A DNA stretch of 64,000 nucleotides from Raillietiella orientalis (Eukaryota), in NCBI GenBank assembly GCA_036172245.1, contig JAYWIR010000010.1, positions 558,001 to 622,000 on the forward strand, written 5' to 3'. Position numbers and translations under genes: made by a program. The notes under the pieces are model-generated. The model was not told the DNA's origin. It made no database searches and saw nothing but the letters and a program-made list of their open reading frames with translations. Shown here piece by piece: positions 1-13,621 of the stretch. Position 1 is the first letter of the stretch; each line of letters starts with the position of its first letter.

Positions 1-935
1 GACGGGAGAGGTGGATCAACGCCAGACGCGTTCGCTCCGGCACAATCGATACGAGGAGTTTATTATCCCGGCGAACTCTTTCCCTCTGCCCCGTGTGTCC
101 CCTTCTGCGCCCCATGCCCTTCCGCGGCGCGCGGGCGGCCTTCGAGGCTTCCCACGTGAGAACGATGCTCCCGAACACCCCTCCGGAGGGGGGGAAGGAA
201 CAAACACACAAAAAAAGAGGGGTGCGGGGGAAAGCGATCTGACATCCGTTGACGGAGACAATCCCGGCGAACGGACGGCGATACCCCCGGATGGAAAACG
301 TGCTCCAGGAAAGGAGAGCGGGGAGCCTCCTCCTCCGGCGGTGGCCGTTCACTCCCCCCCACCCCTCCCTCCTCCTTTCGACGCCGTGCCAGCGCGGGTC
401 GTTTCGGGAGGAGCGGGGAGAAGACAAAAAAAAAAAAAAATCGCGCGCCCTGCACGTCGCTGGACGGCCCCTTCCCTGCTCCCTGTGACCCCCCGAGGGG
501 TTTCAGGGAGGCGTCGGGCGAGCAGTCGCCTTCCTGCGACGACGGGAGCGTCGCTGCCTCCGCCGGTGCTGTGCCGAGCGCGCAGCCCTCGCAGACGCCC
601 CGGAGGGAAGCGCGAGCGAGGGGTGGGGGTGGGGGAGCTTCCCTTCCCTTCCTTCCGCCCGCGAGGAGGCGCGTCGCTGCTCCTTCTCGCGGCGCGCGCC
701 GACGGGGACTTTCAGCGCCGCCAACCGATCGCGCAGGCCGCGGCGGCGGGCGATGCTCCTCCTCCTCCGCGCTCTCCCCTCGGGGAGAGCGCGGAGGAGG
801 CGCGCGTGCCCGTCCGGGAGGTGGCGGTCAGCTCTCTCGGACGCGGCGGCGGCGAGCGCCGAGTGACGCAATCCCCGTGCGGTAGCATCCCGGCGAAATA
901 CCAACCGCCGCCGCGTCCGACACGCGATCGCTGCG

Positions 936-993
936 CTCTCGCTCGCTCGCTCGCTCGCTCGCTCGCGCGCGCGAGCGAGCGAGCGAGCGAGAG
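936..993. repeat. (GCTC)n-(GC)n-(GAGC)n inverted microsatellite
   Basis: Directly visible; the two arms are reverse complements. Confidence 0.85.
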
Positions 994-1432
994 GGTCCCG
1001 GCGCGCGCGCTCCTATCTGGTTTCCTACGAGCGCAAATATTCTTAGCATGCATTAAATTGGCTGCCAAGGAAAACCCCATGCCGGGATTGCGGCGGGGAC
1101 CGAACGCGAGAAGAAAGTTTCCCCCCCCTTTCCCCCCTTCTCTTTTCGCTGCGCGCCTCTCCTCCGCCCCCCCTCCCCCCTTTTCCTTCGCCTCGTCTGG
1201 AATCATCTGGAAATTTCATTTTAAGAAACACCGCTCTTCGAATTCCTCCGTCTCGGCAGCGGAGATCCCCAGAAACTGTTTATTTACGTAGCAACCGAGC
1301 GCGAGGCGCAGACGCGCGCGCGCGCCCCCGTGGAAGATGGGCGGGGGAGGAGGGGCGGGCCGGGGCGAGCGCGCGGCCTGCCCGCGGTCGGCCCGGACAG
1401 GGCGCGCGCGGTCGCTTCCTCGTGCCGGCGCG

Positions 1433-1434
<2 letters not shown>

Positions 1435-1467
<33 letters not shown>
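1435..1467. repeat. (GA)n microsatellite
   Basis: Directly visible. Confidence 0.95.
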
Positions 1468-1470
<3 letters not shown>

Positions 1471-2809
1471 CTTGGTTACGGCGGCGGCGGCGCGTCTTCC
1501 TCCCTCCCCCCCCCCCCCTCGCTGCCTCCCTCGGGAGGCGGTAGCCGTCCCGCCGCCGCAACGAAGGCGCGCGCGCGCCCCGTGGGGGTCGGGCCGCTCC
1601 GGACCCACTCCGGAGGCCGTCGGGCCGGCGCGATGCCTGCTGGCAGGGGAGAAAAAAAAAAAAATCGTCCGCGCGATCAGATAAATGAGCGCGATTTCCA
1701 TTTTTAGCCCGCAGAGATCAATCTCGAAATTCTGGAAAAAATGTAGCAGATTTCCGGCCGCTAATTCGCGACGCGCGTAACCATCGCAACGGCAGCCTTT
1801 ATTTTTAGGCGTTTCTGTTGCCGCGCGCGCGGGCGAAATGCTGCTCGTCCCCGGCGAGTGTGCGCGCGATGGGTTCCGGGCTCGGGAGAAAAGGGAGGAG
1901 GAGGAAAGGGGGGCGTTGGTCGCGGGAGCCGCGGGCTCTGCAGCCACGGCGTGGCAGCCGCTCCGGCGGGGGAGGGCGCAGGCGTGACCGTGGGGACCCG
2001 GCTGGGGCGCGCCTCCCCCTCCTCCTCCTGGAGCAGCGTCACAGATACGCGCGGTCTGTGGCACAGCGCGCAGCCTCCCGTAATTTGTGTAAGTGATCCG
2101 ATAAACGCATTTCATTACAGGGATGGGGAGGGCGCTCGCAGGGACGGTGTGCACCTCCGGCCGCTCCCCCGCCGCCCACTTTGGTGTTTGCGTGTTTGCT
2201 GCTCGCTCGTGTCCTCCGACGTTTCCTTTCATTTAAGGCGCACAGCGGAGGTTCGTTAAGAGCCAAAAAACAACACGGAAAAGAAGGAGGAGGAGAGGGG
2301 GGGGGGGAGAAGGCGAACGCAATCGTAACCACGGTGAATTGATAACTCATGGGATCATTAATGATGGCGGCGATCCGTCGGAGCCGCGTCGGCACGGACG
2401 TCCGTGTCGACAGGCGGGACGTTCGGCGTTCGTTTAAAGGGGATCGGAGTGACCGTTAATTGGGAGGCGAAGAGTGCTGCTGCGGCGCATCTCAGCCTCC
2501 CGTGACGGAAACGCATGGCAACGGGACGGCAGCGCGCGTCGCGAGGAGGAGCGTATCCACGGTCGGTGTGTCGGAATTTCATGACCACGGCACCGAGTGT
2601 CATCGTGGGTACCTCCGTTACCATGTCTGCCGTGTCCGATCGATGAAACAGATCGGCGGAGGTTTACGTGCGCCTTTGACCCGGGGAGGAGGAGGAGGGG
2701 GGGGGGGCGCCCTCGCGTCGCGCGCGCGCACGCGCGCAGCAGCAGCAGCGGCGTCCGCCGCCGCCGCCGCAGCGCCCGGCGCGCCGCTCTCCCGTGGCCA
2801 TCATCATCT

Positions 2810-2832
2810 TTCCTCCTCCTTTTCTTTTCTCC

Positions 2833-2864
<32 letters not shown>

Positions 2865-3003
2865 TTTTTTTTTTTTTTTGTCTTGCGCGCACCCTGGAAG
2901 AAGCCTTTTCGCGCGCTCCGTCGGAAATAAAAATAAAAAAAAAGAAAAGAAAAGAAAGAGAGAGGGGGGAGAGAGGGAGGGAAGGAGGGAGGGAGGGAAG
3001 AGA

Positions 3004-3043
<40 letters not shown>

Positions 3044-3223
3044 GAAGAAGAAGAAGGAAAAAAACGTAAGACCCAAATCGGTCGATCGGTAAATAAATGA
3101 AAGAAAACTCAAGGACCACGTCAAGAAGAAAAAAAAAGGAAAAAAAAAAAAAAAAAGGAAGAAGGAATTAAGAAGAAATTAAGGGGAAGAAGCTGAGAGG
3201 AAGAGTTGCCCACGACGACGACC

Positions 3224-3260
<37 letters not shown>
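2810..3260. repeat. Compound simple-repeat block: (CTTT)n, poly-T, (GA)n, poly-A, (GAC)n
   Basis: Directly visible. Confidence 0.9.
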
Positions 3261-4169
3261 CAGGGAAGCGGTGATAAAAGGAGCAGTATCTAATCTGCGC
3301 GGATGCTAATTTGAAGCGGGAGATTATTTTCTCGAAGCTGTCAGCGTTCGGATGCTCGGAAACGCTTCGGAATAAAGTGCTGAATCACTCATCTGTATAA
3401 TTTGGGCTTCGAAGATCTTTACGCCCTTTATTTTCAGGTAATTTGTTGAAACGACCGCGTATTTCTCGTGGCTGCGCGAGAAGTGACGCGTGCGCGCGCT
3501 TCTTTGTTTGCGCAGCGAATTTGCTGCTGCTCGCCGAGCCGACGCACGCACGCACACACACACCCATCCAACTGCATTTGCCCCCTCCCCCCCCCCGCTC
3601 TTCCGCCCCCCCCCCCTCCTCCTCCCCCGGTGATCCGCCGCCGCCTCCGCGGCGGCAGCAGCAGCAGCAGCAGCGGCGGCGGCGGCGGCGGCGGCATGGA
3701 CCGCGCTCTTCTGCCGCTTGTCGAATAGGACTCAATGTTTGACCCCTTCGATCGAGTGTGTTCCTTTCTCCCCGAGCGAGCTATTTATAAAACGGATCCA
3801 AGCGTGACAGCGGGAGGAGGAGGCTCGCGTACCAAAGTCGGCGTCCTCTTGCCGAGGTACGCTTCGGTTTTCATTCAGTGCTACGGAAGTGCGTGCGTGA
3901 GAAGGGTGGGCTGCGACCGTTCCTCCGCGACGCCTGGTAACAGCGTCGTGCACGCCGCCGCATCTCTCGCGTCTCCTGGACCGCCGTCGTCCTCGTCGTC
4001 CTCGTCGTCGTCGCCGCCGCTCCTGGCTTTTTTGTGTCTCCAAGTTCCGTATTTGAGAGTGCGTCTCGACCGTGTGTCCTGCGGAGATCGGTTGTTTTTT
4101 TTTTTTTTTTTTGTGTTGTTTTTTTTTTTTTTGTTTTTTTGTTGTTGTTTCTCCCTCTCTCGCTCTCTC

Positions 4170-4255
4170 TCTGCTCTCGGATGAGAGCAACTCGGAATTG
4201 ACCGAGCATTCGCACAGTGTCAAGACATGGACCCAGCGATTCCGTTCGTGGAAGG
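4170..4255 (+). other. Probable 5' UTR exon of the ZMIZ gene (5' boundary uncertain)
   Basis: Island of balanced composition between simple repeats, ending in a strong donor GG|gtaagg at 4256. Confidence 0.45.
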
Positions 4256-5736
4256 GTAAGGAAAGCAGTTTTTGTTAGCACGTGCGGGGGGCGGGGGACG
4301 GGGGGCAGTCGGGACGGGAGTCGCGCGCAGTGGGGCAGGCACCCCCCCCCCCTCTCTCCCCGTACCCTCCCCTCCCCTCCCGTCGCCGTCTCCCCCTCCT
4401 CCTCCTCCTCCTCCTCCTCCTTCCTCCTGCTCCTCCTCCTCCCCCCCACCGCCCCCCCCCACCCTCGTTTTGCAGCCGTCTGCGTATCCGCAACGGACGC
4501 GGCGCGCGCTTCACGCGGGCTGCCGCTAGGAGTCTCTGCGGTGCGTTCCGGTGAATCCGCGCAAACAGCCGAAAGAAGAGTTGTTGCGCTCCTTATCTGC
4601 GTTGTCATGGGAAACGGGGGCGTCGTCGTCGTCGTCCTCGGCGGCGGCACGGGTAGGAAAGTATGCGTGCCGCCTGGTGGCACGGGAGCGAGCACGTTGC
4701 ACGGTGTCGTGCCTTGCGCGGGGAACGTGTCCGTGTGTGTGCGCGCGCGACTCTCACGTGCACACGCACGGACACGCACACGGACGGACGGACTACCTGG
4801 ACAAAATTCGATCACGTAATTCGAAGCTCCCCGAGAGGCGGAGGCTGCAGAAACGCAGCCTTCCTCCCCCGAGGCGGCGCGCAGGGGGGAGGGGGGGGGG
4901 GGTGCACTTGTGCGTGCGCGTTGCCTGGAGACCGGGATGAATGGATTCCGCAGCGCAGCGCGGCGTGCCGGCAGCTTCTTTCTCTTTTCCGCCGTTTTGC
5001 TCCCATTCTGTAATCGAAAGCACGGCAGTTTCAAAACCTCCTTTCTTCACCATCTCGGCGCTGCGCACGTGAAAGTGCGCGATTTCCGATTTCAGAGAGA
5101 TGACTTTCGTTATTTCTCTTCGTCCGTGACTTTATTTTGCGTTGCGCCATCATCAGATTATTTTCGAATAAGATGATAAAAGTCTTCCAGCGTTCCTTTT
5201 TCCCTCTCTCTCTCCCTCCCTCCCTCCCTCCCTCTCTCCTTCTCTGCCCTCCCTCCCTCCCTCTCCTGCTGCCTCCTTCGGAAGACTGTCCCGAGTTTTG
5301 TAAACAAGGGCGTCTAATTGGAAAAAAAGAAAAAGAAATTTCTTTTTTTTTTTTTTTTTTTTTCCGCCGCCGCCGTTACCTCCGCGAAAGCGCGGTAGAT
5401 GGCGGGGCACGTGCGGAGGGCGCGCGCGCAGCCGCTCGGACCGTCGCTCGGCGAGGAGAGAGGCCGCCGCCTCCCCTCCCCTCCCTCCCCTCTCCAGTCA
5501 TCCGGGGGGAGAGGGAGAAGAGCTCTCCCCCTGGATGCGAGCGACGCAAAGACTGCATGGCACACATGGAGGGAGGCATCGCATGCATTCCTCTTTGCTT
5601 ATATTATGCCCGGCTATAATTAGAAAATAATTGGCGTTTTAAGCCAGGTTATTTTTACTACAACCAACGCCGAGACGTTGGTTACACTTTATTTTTCGTT
5701 CGATACTCTCGGCACGGAGGGGGGGGGAGAGGGGGG

Positions 5737-5738
<2 letters not shown>

Positions 5739-5784
<46 letters not shown>

Positions 5785-5812
5785 GTATGTATGTATATAT
5801 ATACACACATAC
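5739..5812. repeat. (AC)n/(AT)n compound microsatellite
   Basis: Directly visible. Confidence 0.95.
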
Positions 5813-6425
5813 ACGATGGCGGACTGCTTCTTTTCGGCGCCGTGCTCCTGCCGCCGCATCCCGTGGCAACGTCGGGAAGCACGCGTGCTCCCGAAATTCG
5901 CGTTCAGGTGCGCGCGTGCATTTTCTCTTCCTTCCTTTTTCGTGCCCCCCCCCCCCCTTCTCCCTCCCGTCTCCTTTTTCTCCGTTCGTTTGTCTCCCAC
6001 CCTCCTCCCCCATCGCTTTCCTGCGTGCTTTCCCCCTCCTCCCTATTTCCCCCCCCCCTCCCCCTCTGCCCCGGCTTTTCATTGACTGCTTGCTGCCGCG
6101 GCCCCTCGTGCTCTCTCTCTTCTGTGTAAGGGTGGCGGGGCAGCCGCCCCTATTCTGCCGATCGAAGTTGATTTTTTTGTTGTGCGTGTACGTGCGTGCG
6201 TGTGTTTTGTTTTTGTTTGTTCTCGCTCGCTCGTTCCGTGCTCGTCGTGTCGCCGCGCGCTGCCGCCGCACGCAAAGGCGGCGCTACTGTGCGCCCAACT
6301 TCGCGGCGGCGCTGTTTTTTCCTTTTTTTTTTTTTTCCTGCCGTCTTTTGCTCGGCGGAAGCGACGATTCCTGCGGCCGCCTCCTTCCTCCCTGTCGTCT
6401 CTCGTCCGTCCCTGCCCGCCGGACG

Positions 6426-6456
<31 letters not shown>

Positions 6457-7002
6457 CAGAAACACCGAAAGACCTTCCCAGAAGTCGTCTTCTCCCCTTC
6501 GTCCTCCCCCCCCCCCTCCCTCCCTCTCGTATCGATCTCACCACGTTGGAAAGCGCGCGCGCACGCACGGCCACACAGCCACCCAACGTCTTCGTTCTCC
6601 TTCTTCTTCTTCCCCCCCCCCCCCCTCCCCTTCCCTGACCGACGTTCGCAGGTAGGCAGGCGGCACGTCTCCCCCCCCCTTTCTTTCCTCCTTGTCATCG
6701 CGCGTGCGTACGTGCGTGCGCGTGCGTGCGGTAGCAACCACCACCGTCTCCTACCCACCGCTTCCCCTTTCAGATTCACTTCGCTCCTCCGTCCTTGAAA
6801 AACCCGCGGAATGGAAATAACCCCATTGTCCGTCCCGCGAGCACTTCCCCCGCCTTCTTATTTTATTTTATTTTATTTTCTTCTTTCCTTCTTCTTCTTC
6901 CTCTCCTGCCCTCCCCCCTCCCACTCGGAATCGAAAAATTTGTCGGCATCCTCGGAACAAAAAAAAAAAAAAAGAACGAAAAAGAAAGAAAGAAAAAAGG
7001 AA

Positions 7003-7029
7003 AGAGAGAGAGAGAGAGGAGGGGGGAGG

Positions 7030-7079
<50 letters not shown>
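7003..7079. repeat. (GA)n microsatellite, interrupted
   Basis: Directly visible. Confidence 0.95.
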
Positions 7080-7083
<4 letters not shown>

Positions 7084-7753
7084 GAAGAAAAAAGAATCCG
7101 TTGTGATGTCTATGTACGTGTCCGTTTCCATGGCAGCCCGTCTCGAGTGATGCGGTGGGTCTTTTCCACACTTTCTCGTAGAACAAAGCAATTAGAGATG
7201 CGAATGCTTTCGCGGATTAAGGCGCCCTCTGCAGTCGGCGCGCTCGGATATTTACACGAGCAACTGTTCCGCCTGATCTTTATCTTTCCCGGCGCTTCGC
7301 GGGCTGCCTGCGCCGCTGCCATGGCGATGCCGCCGCGCTGCGGAGCGGCGGCGGCCGTCTCGCTGCGCGCGCGTGGGGAACGACGCTTGCCGAGCAGATG
7401 CGCCCCTCCTCCTCCGCCCCTTGCGTGGGCGGACGGTCAGAGTCCTCCGTGCGCGCGCGCGCGCACAGCCGGAAGAAGAGGAGCCCGCGAGGGGGAGGGA
7501 GGAAGGTGCATGGCGCGCGCGCGCCGCCCGCCTGCTTCCCCTCTGGTCCCCCCCCCCCCCGGCGGCGTCTTCCTTTCGACCGCCTTCCGCCTCCTCCTCC
7601 TCCTCCGCCGCTGCCGCCGTCGCCGCACCGGGTTCCCCTCCTCTCCCGCCTTACATCCTCTCTCCTCTTCCAGGTAATCGCTGAGCAACCGCAGAGCGAA
7701 GATCCGAGCAACGGGAAGAGCATCCTCTTGGATGAAGCTGAGTCGCCGGCGCC

Positions 7754-7809
7754 ATGCACCACCAGCAACTCGCGCCGATGAACGTTCTGAATAAGATGCG
7801 CCCCCAGAA
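7754..7809 (+). CDS. ZMIZ1: ZMIZ coding exon 1 ([18 protein letters not shown]); the exon itself begins at 7674 with 5' UTR
   Basis: Acceptor ctcttccag|7674; gccATG context; donor gtacgt at 7810, phase 2, matches the next exon. Confidence 0.7.
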
Positions 7810-10800
7810 GTACGTATTCGCGCGCGCGCCGGGGGTGGGGGGGGGGGCAAGGTGGCGCCTTCCGCGAACCCTCCCCGTCGGTCAGCGACGCGCGCGCCCT
7901 CGATCACCCCCGCGGGCCTTCGCCGCGACCCTCCGGAAGGCACCCACCGGTGCCACTCCGCACCTCCGGCAAGCAGCGCGGCTGCTGCTGCTGTTCCGCG
8001 ATCCTCCTCCGGCAACGTCCGCCGCCTACTCCGCAGGGAGAGGAGGAGGACTCCTTCCCCCCCCCCTTTCCCTCCGGCGCGGCGCGCGCGCAGTGCTGTA
8101 GAACGAGCGGAAGGGGTCCCCGCGTCCGCCGCCATGACGTCTCCCTCGGTCCGGCGATGTCGCCGGCGTCCGCACCCGCTCGGCGCGCGTCTCCAACGGA
8201 CCCACCCGTCGCCAACAAGGGGGGTGAGGGGGAGGAGGAGGAGGAAAGGTAGCGGCGGATGTGCAGGGCTCCTCCCTCCCACACTCTGTCGTCGCGCGGC
8301 GCCGACGGGAAAGGGGGGGGGGGCGAAGGACGCAGCCAGCGCGCATGCGCCGGAAGAGGCTGCCGCCGTAGCGCTCAACCCCCCGGACCAACCTGCGTGC
8401 GAGTAGGACCGTGGCCGCCCCCCTCTTCCTCCTCCTCCTCCTCCTCCTCGTCATCATCAGGGGGAGGAGAAGGGGAGGGGGGGGGGCGTGGAACTCAACG
8501 TGGAGAAGGCGGGCGCCGTGCAGCGCGCGGCTGCCGGGGGGTTCGCGCATGCGCGCCGGGCTTCGGTCGCGGCTGTTGTGCAACTGCCGCCGCCGCCGCC
8601 GCCGCCGCGCGCGCGCGCGCGCGCGCGCGTGCGCACCCGGCCGTCTCCGCTCGCCTGCTTGTGTAATCATACAGTTCGGGTGATTCGATGACCCCTCGTT
8701 CCCGGAGGCGATCGCCGCGTTGGTCACGAAGTTTTATTTCTGGGTACCTCGCCAGGCGACGCGCTCTCTCTCCCTCCTTCCCGCCCTGCCGTTGACAATA
8801 GTCGCCACGCAGAGAGAGAGCAGGAACGAGGTGGCGCGATTGCTGGACCCGGAGTCCCCGGACGCGCCCGGGTCGTGCGGTCCGCGTCACCCCACCCCGC
8901 CCTCGCTTTTCCGGGCATCCAGCAGCATCCCAGCGAGGGCGGGCGCCCGTCCGGCGGCCGGCGGCGGCAGCAGCAGCGACTTCGGGGACGAGCGGGCGGC
9001 GGGGCGCATTTGCGGCGGCGGCTGGCTGGCGGTTTCCGCTCGCTCCGCGTGACGTCACGCGCTGGGATCCACGGCGGAGCTCGCTCGCTGCTTGCGTCCG
9101 CGCCTACGTGCGTGCATGCGCTGTCGGGATTCTTCCGGTTCCTGGATGCGCGGGAAGCCCCGCTCGTTCAGCGTTAGGGGTGGCAGAGGAAGGGTTCCCC
9201 ACCCCTGCAGCATCCCCCTTTGCGCTCCATCCCCTCAAACCGTGCGCACGGGGAGTTGCGCCAGGGGAGCGTCCTGGAGCGCTAATGGCGGCGCGCGGAA
9301 GGAGCGCTGGCGGCGGCATACGCCACCGTCGGGGTGTTGCCGTCCCTTCGCGACGGTTGCGAAATGCCGTCGCCGGGCGGCCGCGCTTCGCAACCGTCAG
9401 CCAATCGCGGACGGGGGACTGGGGAGGGAGAAAAGGGGAGGCCTGCCGGAGAGGCCGCGCGCTCCCTCGCGGGGAGGGGAGGCCCCTCTTCAGTCGGGCC
9501 TCTCTCCGCTCATCCACAAAGAAGACTCTGCTCTCCCCCCCCCCCTTCATCTCCCCCCTCCCCCCTCGCGGCGGCGATCGATCCGCTTCCGCCCATTCGC
9601 TTTCGCGCGTCCGCCGCCGCCGCCGCCGCCCGTCCGCGGGGGTTTTCCCGCCGACGAAGGCGACGGCGGCGCGCGCGCGTCGACTCCCCCCAAAGAGAGC
9701 GTGTCTGTTCCTCCGCCCCTCCTCCCTCACCCCCCCCGCCGTCCCCGATGACCTTTCCCGCCGCACGGCCCGGACGCCCCCGCACGCAGGTGCGATAGCA
9801 GGAGGCAGCACGCGTCTTCCCGGATGCGGCCGCCCCCGCTGCCGCGGGAGCAGAGGCGTCTCTCCTGGCATCTGGAAGCAGAGGCGGCCGCGGGAGCAGC
9901 AGCCGCAGTGCGCGCGCACCCCTGCGGTCCGTCGACCCCCCCTTCCCCCCCCCTCCTCCTCCTCCTCCTCTTCCTGTCGAGAGGCTCTTTGGGGCGCCTC
10001 CGCCGGCCCCTTTCGCCCCTCGTCCCCTCCTCATCTCCGGTGGCAGCCCAGGCCGGACCCTCACCTGGCGTTCCCTCCTCCGCGCGCGCCATCTTGTAAA
10101 GAGCCCGTTCTTTCCAGCGATTGGGGCCCGTCCGCAGGAGGGCAGCAGCTGTCGGTGGTGACAACGCTCTGGGGACTGACCACCTCCAACCAGAGCGCCC
10201 CCCAGCTCGCGGGCCATGGAAACTTCACGAACCCCACGCCTGGGCACATGGGCCCCGCCCAGTACATGCACCAGGCCCCCAAGGAGTACCACCAAAACAT
10301 GGCACCGTACAGGCAGAACGCCCCCCCGGGGTCAGTCGGCGCGCGCGCGGAGCGAGCCTGTCTCCCCCTTTCCCCGCCTGCTCCGTCACGTGCGCGTGCG
10401 TGCGGCAGCGGCGGCGACGCGATCGATGGAGGAGGGGGAGGTGCCACGGGCTGGCGCGCCTCTGTCGCGGGAGCGACTGCGCTCCTCCCCCTTCACCCCC
10501 CTCCTCCTCCATCCTTCCCTTGCCCTCCCTCCGGCCGAGACGCCTGCGAGTCCTCGTCATGTCCGGTGGTGGGTCGCCGTCTTCAAGGCGACGGCGACTC
10601 ACCACCGGACCCCCCGAGCGCCGCGCGCTGCGGGAGGGAGGACGGATGCGGAGAAAGGGTGAGGGAGGAGGAGGAGGGAAGTCGATGTGTGCCTCTCCTC
10701 CCCCCTCCCCGCCTCTCGCGGCGCTTTTCCCAAAGGACTCTTTCCTCCCCGGCGCTAACTGAATCCGGATGACCAGGTACACGAGCGGAGGATCGGCGGC

Positions 10801-13590
10801 CCCCGGAGGCATCAGCGGCCAACCTTCGGGACAGGAAGCGACCGCCCTGAGCGTCCAGGCGGCGGCCGGAGCAGCCGCAGTGGCAGCGGCCACGGCCACG
10901 GCCACGGCCACCGCATCCGTCGTGGCTCTGCAGGAGAGGCCCAACGCGGAAGCGATGACCCCTCAGTACAACCAGGTGAAGCAGGGAGGGTGGGTGTGGT
11001 CTTGGGGGGAGGGGCGCTGGTGCGAGAGGGGGGGGGGGGAGCGTTCCTGTCGGAAGAAGGGGCGGCCGCGAGCGTGACGCTCTGGGGTTCGCTCCTCCCG
11101 TCGACGAGGGCGCCTCGACCCCTCCTTCCCGCGGACCTGGCGGCGTCCGCCCGCCCGTCCACCGCAGAGCACGTGGGAAGGGGCGTCCCTCCCCTCCCCT
11201 CCTTACTGTGGCATGCGCGGAGGGCGCTCCACCCCACTCGACCCGATGGGCCGACGACCCCTTCCGGCCGATGGCCGGGTGGGCAGCCTCCTCGCCGGGG
11301 TTGGCGAGCAGCGCGCACGATGACCTCTTCTGGCTGCGGCTTGCGGTCGCTGCTGCCCCAGCGCCGCCGGGCGGCCGCCACGCGAAGTCGTTTCGGGCGG
11401 CGGCGGAGGAGGAAACTGCCTCCCGAAGATGACCGCGGCCGGGGCTGAGGCAAGCGGCGGCGGCGGGTCAGGCGCCTTGGAAACCGGAGCAGGCGCCTCT
11501 CTCAGGGCGCGCGCTCTGGCCGGGCATCCGCGGCGGGCGGATGGACGAGAGCGCCTTCCTCATCCTCTCTCCGTTTACCGTTACAACCAAGGGGATGAGG
11601 GGGGAGGGCAGGAGGAGTGGGAAGGGGAACTCGCACCACGACGCCGTTCGTTCCCGCAGGCGCCGGTGGTGGAGAACGAGCGAAGGCATGGCAACGGACC
11701 GCAGCGTGTCTTTCCCGCAGGAGCAGTGTCTCGCGCGCGTTCTCTCCAGCCTTCACGGAGCTGCCCTCCCCGCTCCCCCCGGGAGCATGTGTGTGTGTGT
11801 GTGGGGCGGGGGGGGGGAGATCCGGGAGACGCACACGGATACGGGAACGGCGCGATACCTCCTCCTCCTCCTCCCTCCTCCGTTGCCTTGGTTTTCCGAC
11901 ATCCCTCCCTCCGCCACGGCGCACGCTGCCTGCGCGCAGCGTGCGCCCCAACAGGCACCGTCCCTCCCCCCTGCCTCCCTCCTGGTCGCCCTTCCCGCCA
12001 TTTGGCGGTGGGGCAGGTGCTGCATCATCAGCTGGACCATGGATTTTCTCTTCGCCTCTACCGCACCGCCGTGCGCTGGGCCCGCGGCCCCTCCTCCACC
12101 GTTGGCGGCGGCAAAGTGGGCCCCAGGGGTGCCATAGGAAGAGGGGGAGGATGGGTAGGAATTTCGCCTCCCTCCTCCCGGAAGGGTCGGTCTCCTGGAA
12201 CAAAGTGCGCGCGCACCCCCATCCCCACTCCCCCACTCCCGCTTCCTGGCGTTTCCACGGAAACCGCCCGCTCGCCGCGGGGGGGGGAGGGGAAGGGACC
12301 CTTCGGCGTTTCTTTTCCAGTCTTTCTCTCTCTCTCCCCCCCCCCCCCCATTAAATTGCAGGTTGCGGAACGCCGCTGAGGTCGCGGGCGATGACGCGCA
12401 CGCGCGTCTCCGCGCGCTTCGCCTGCATCGGTCGTTGCGCGGGCGCCCACTCGCGCGTTCCTCCGCCGTCGGCAGCGCCGCGCGATGAATCGGAGGCGTC
12501 GGTCACGTGCTGCTCCTGCAGGAGAGCGGTGCTCCCTTTCCGTCCCCGTTTTTTTACCCCCTCCTCCGCTAGCAGTGTGGGACGCCATCGGCCCCCTCCT
12601 GGCCTGTAGCCATCCCCCACCGCCGTCATTCACTCTCCCACATGTGCGTGGGGGGTGGCGTGGTGGTCCGCTCCGGGTTTCCTCCGAAACCACGCGAGTC
12701 CCTCTCGCGTGGTTTCGGGAGGTCGCAGGAAGCGAGCGACCCGTGTCCCTCGAAACCTGTGCCGCGCTCGGGCGGCCAGCAGGACCCGCGTGCAGCTCCG
12801 AGTGATCCTCCCGCGCCGTCTGGACGCGGCTGCCTGGCCGTCGAGCGCATCCGTGCGCCTGCCTCCTCCTCCTCCTCCTCGCCGTTCCTCCTTCCCTCCA
12901 CCGTTTCGGCGTTTTTTTCCCGCTCAGCCGACGCATAACTCGTGCTCCGGTGCCCCGCGCTCCTATTGGTCGCCTCCTGCTGACGCGCCCGCCGCTGCTT
13001 CTCCCGAAGAGGAGGAGGGGGGGGGATGTTTCCAAATGGATTAATTGCTGCCGGTCCGCCATCTCCATCATCGCGAGAGCGGCCGGCGGAGGGACCCGGA
13101 CCGGAGCGATGCAGAGGCGGAGGAAGAGCCGGCGGGGAGAGATCCAGCACGCGCTGCGGCGCCGGAGAGCGGGAGACCCTTCGCGCGGGGGTCGTCGCCC
13201 CCGGCGCGGAACGGCGGGGCGTCCTTCCCCGCCGGGGTTGGCACCCCGCCCCCGGGATCGCCGCGGCGGGACAGGGGCACGGTGCCTTCTCACCCCTGGT
13301 CACGGGGGGAGCCACCGAGGAAAGACCTGCCTCCGGGAGGCTGCGGCCGCCGACCACGTGTCTCCAGCTTCGCGGCTGCATTTCCTCCTCCTCTCCCCCC
13401 CCCCCCACGCACGCACGCACGCACGCACCCTCTCTCGCTCGCTCGCCGGCACGCGCGAAACCCGTGCCTCCCGCGTGCCGAATGGGAACGTGGCCGCCAC
13501 CGGGCCCGCCAGAGTGGGCGGCCCCGAATTCCGTCCTGGATGGCGTGGCGCGAGCCGCCGACGCCACGCGAGCACTCGATCGGCGTCAGC

Positions 13591-13621
<31 letters not shown>

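Noticed and set aside
9046..9061. 16-bp perfect palindrome containing a CRE (TGACGTCA)
   Set aside because: Three CRE octamers in 64 kb of CpG-rich DNA is close to chance; there is no independent support.
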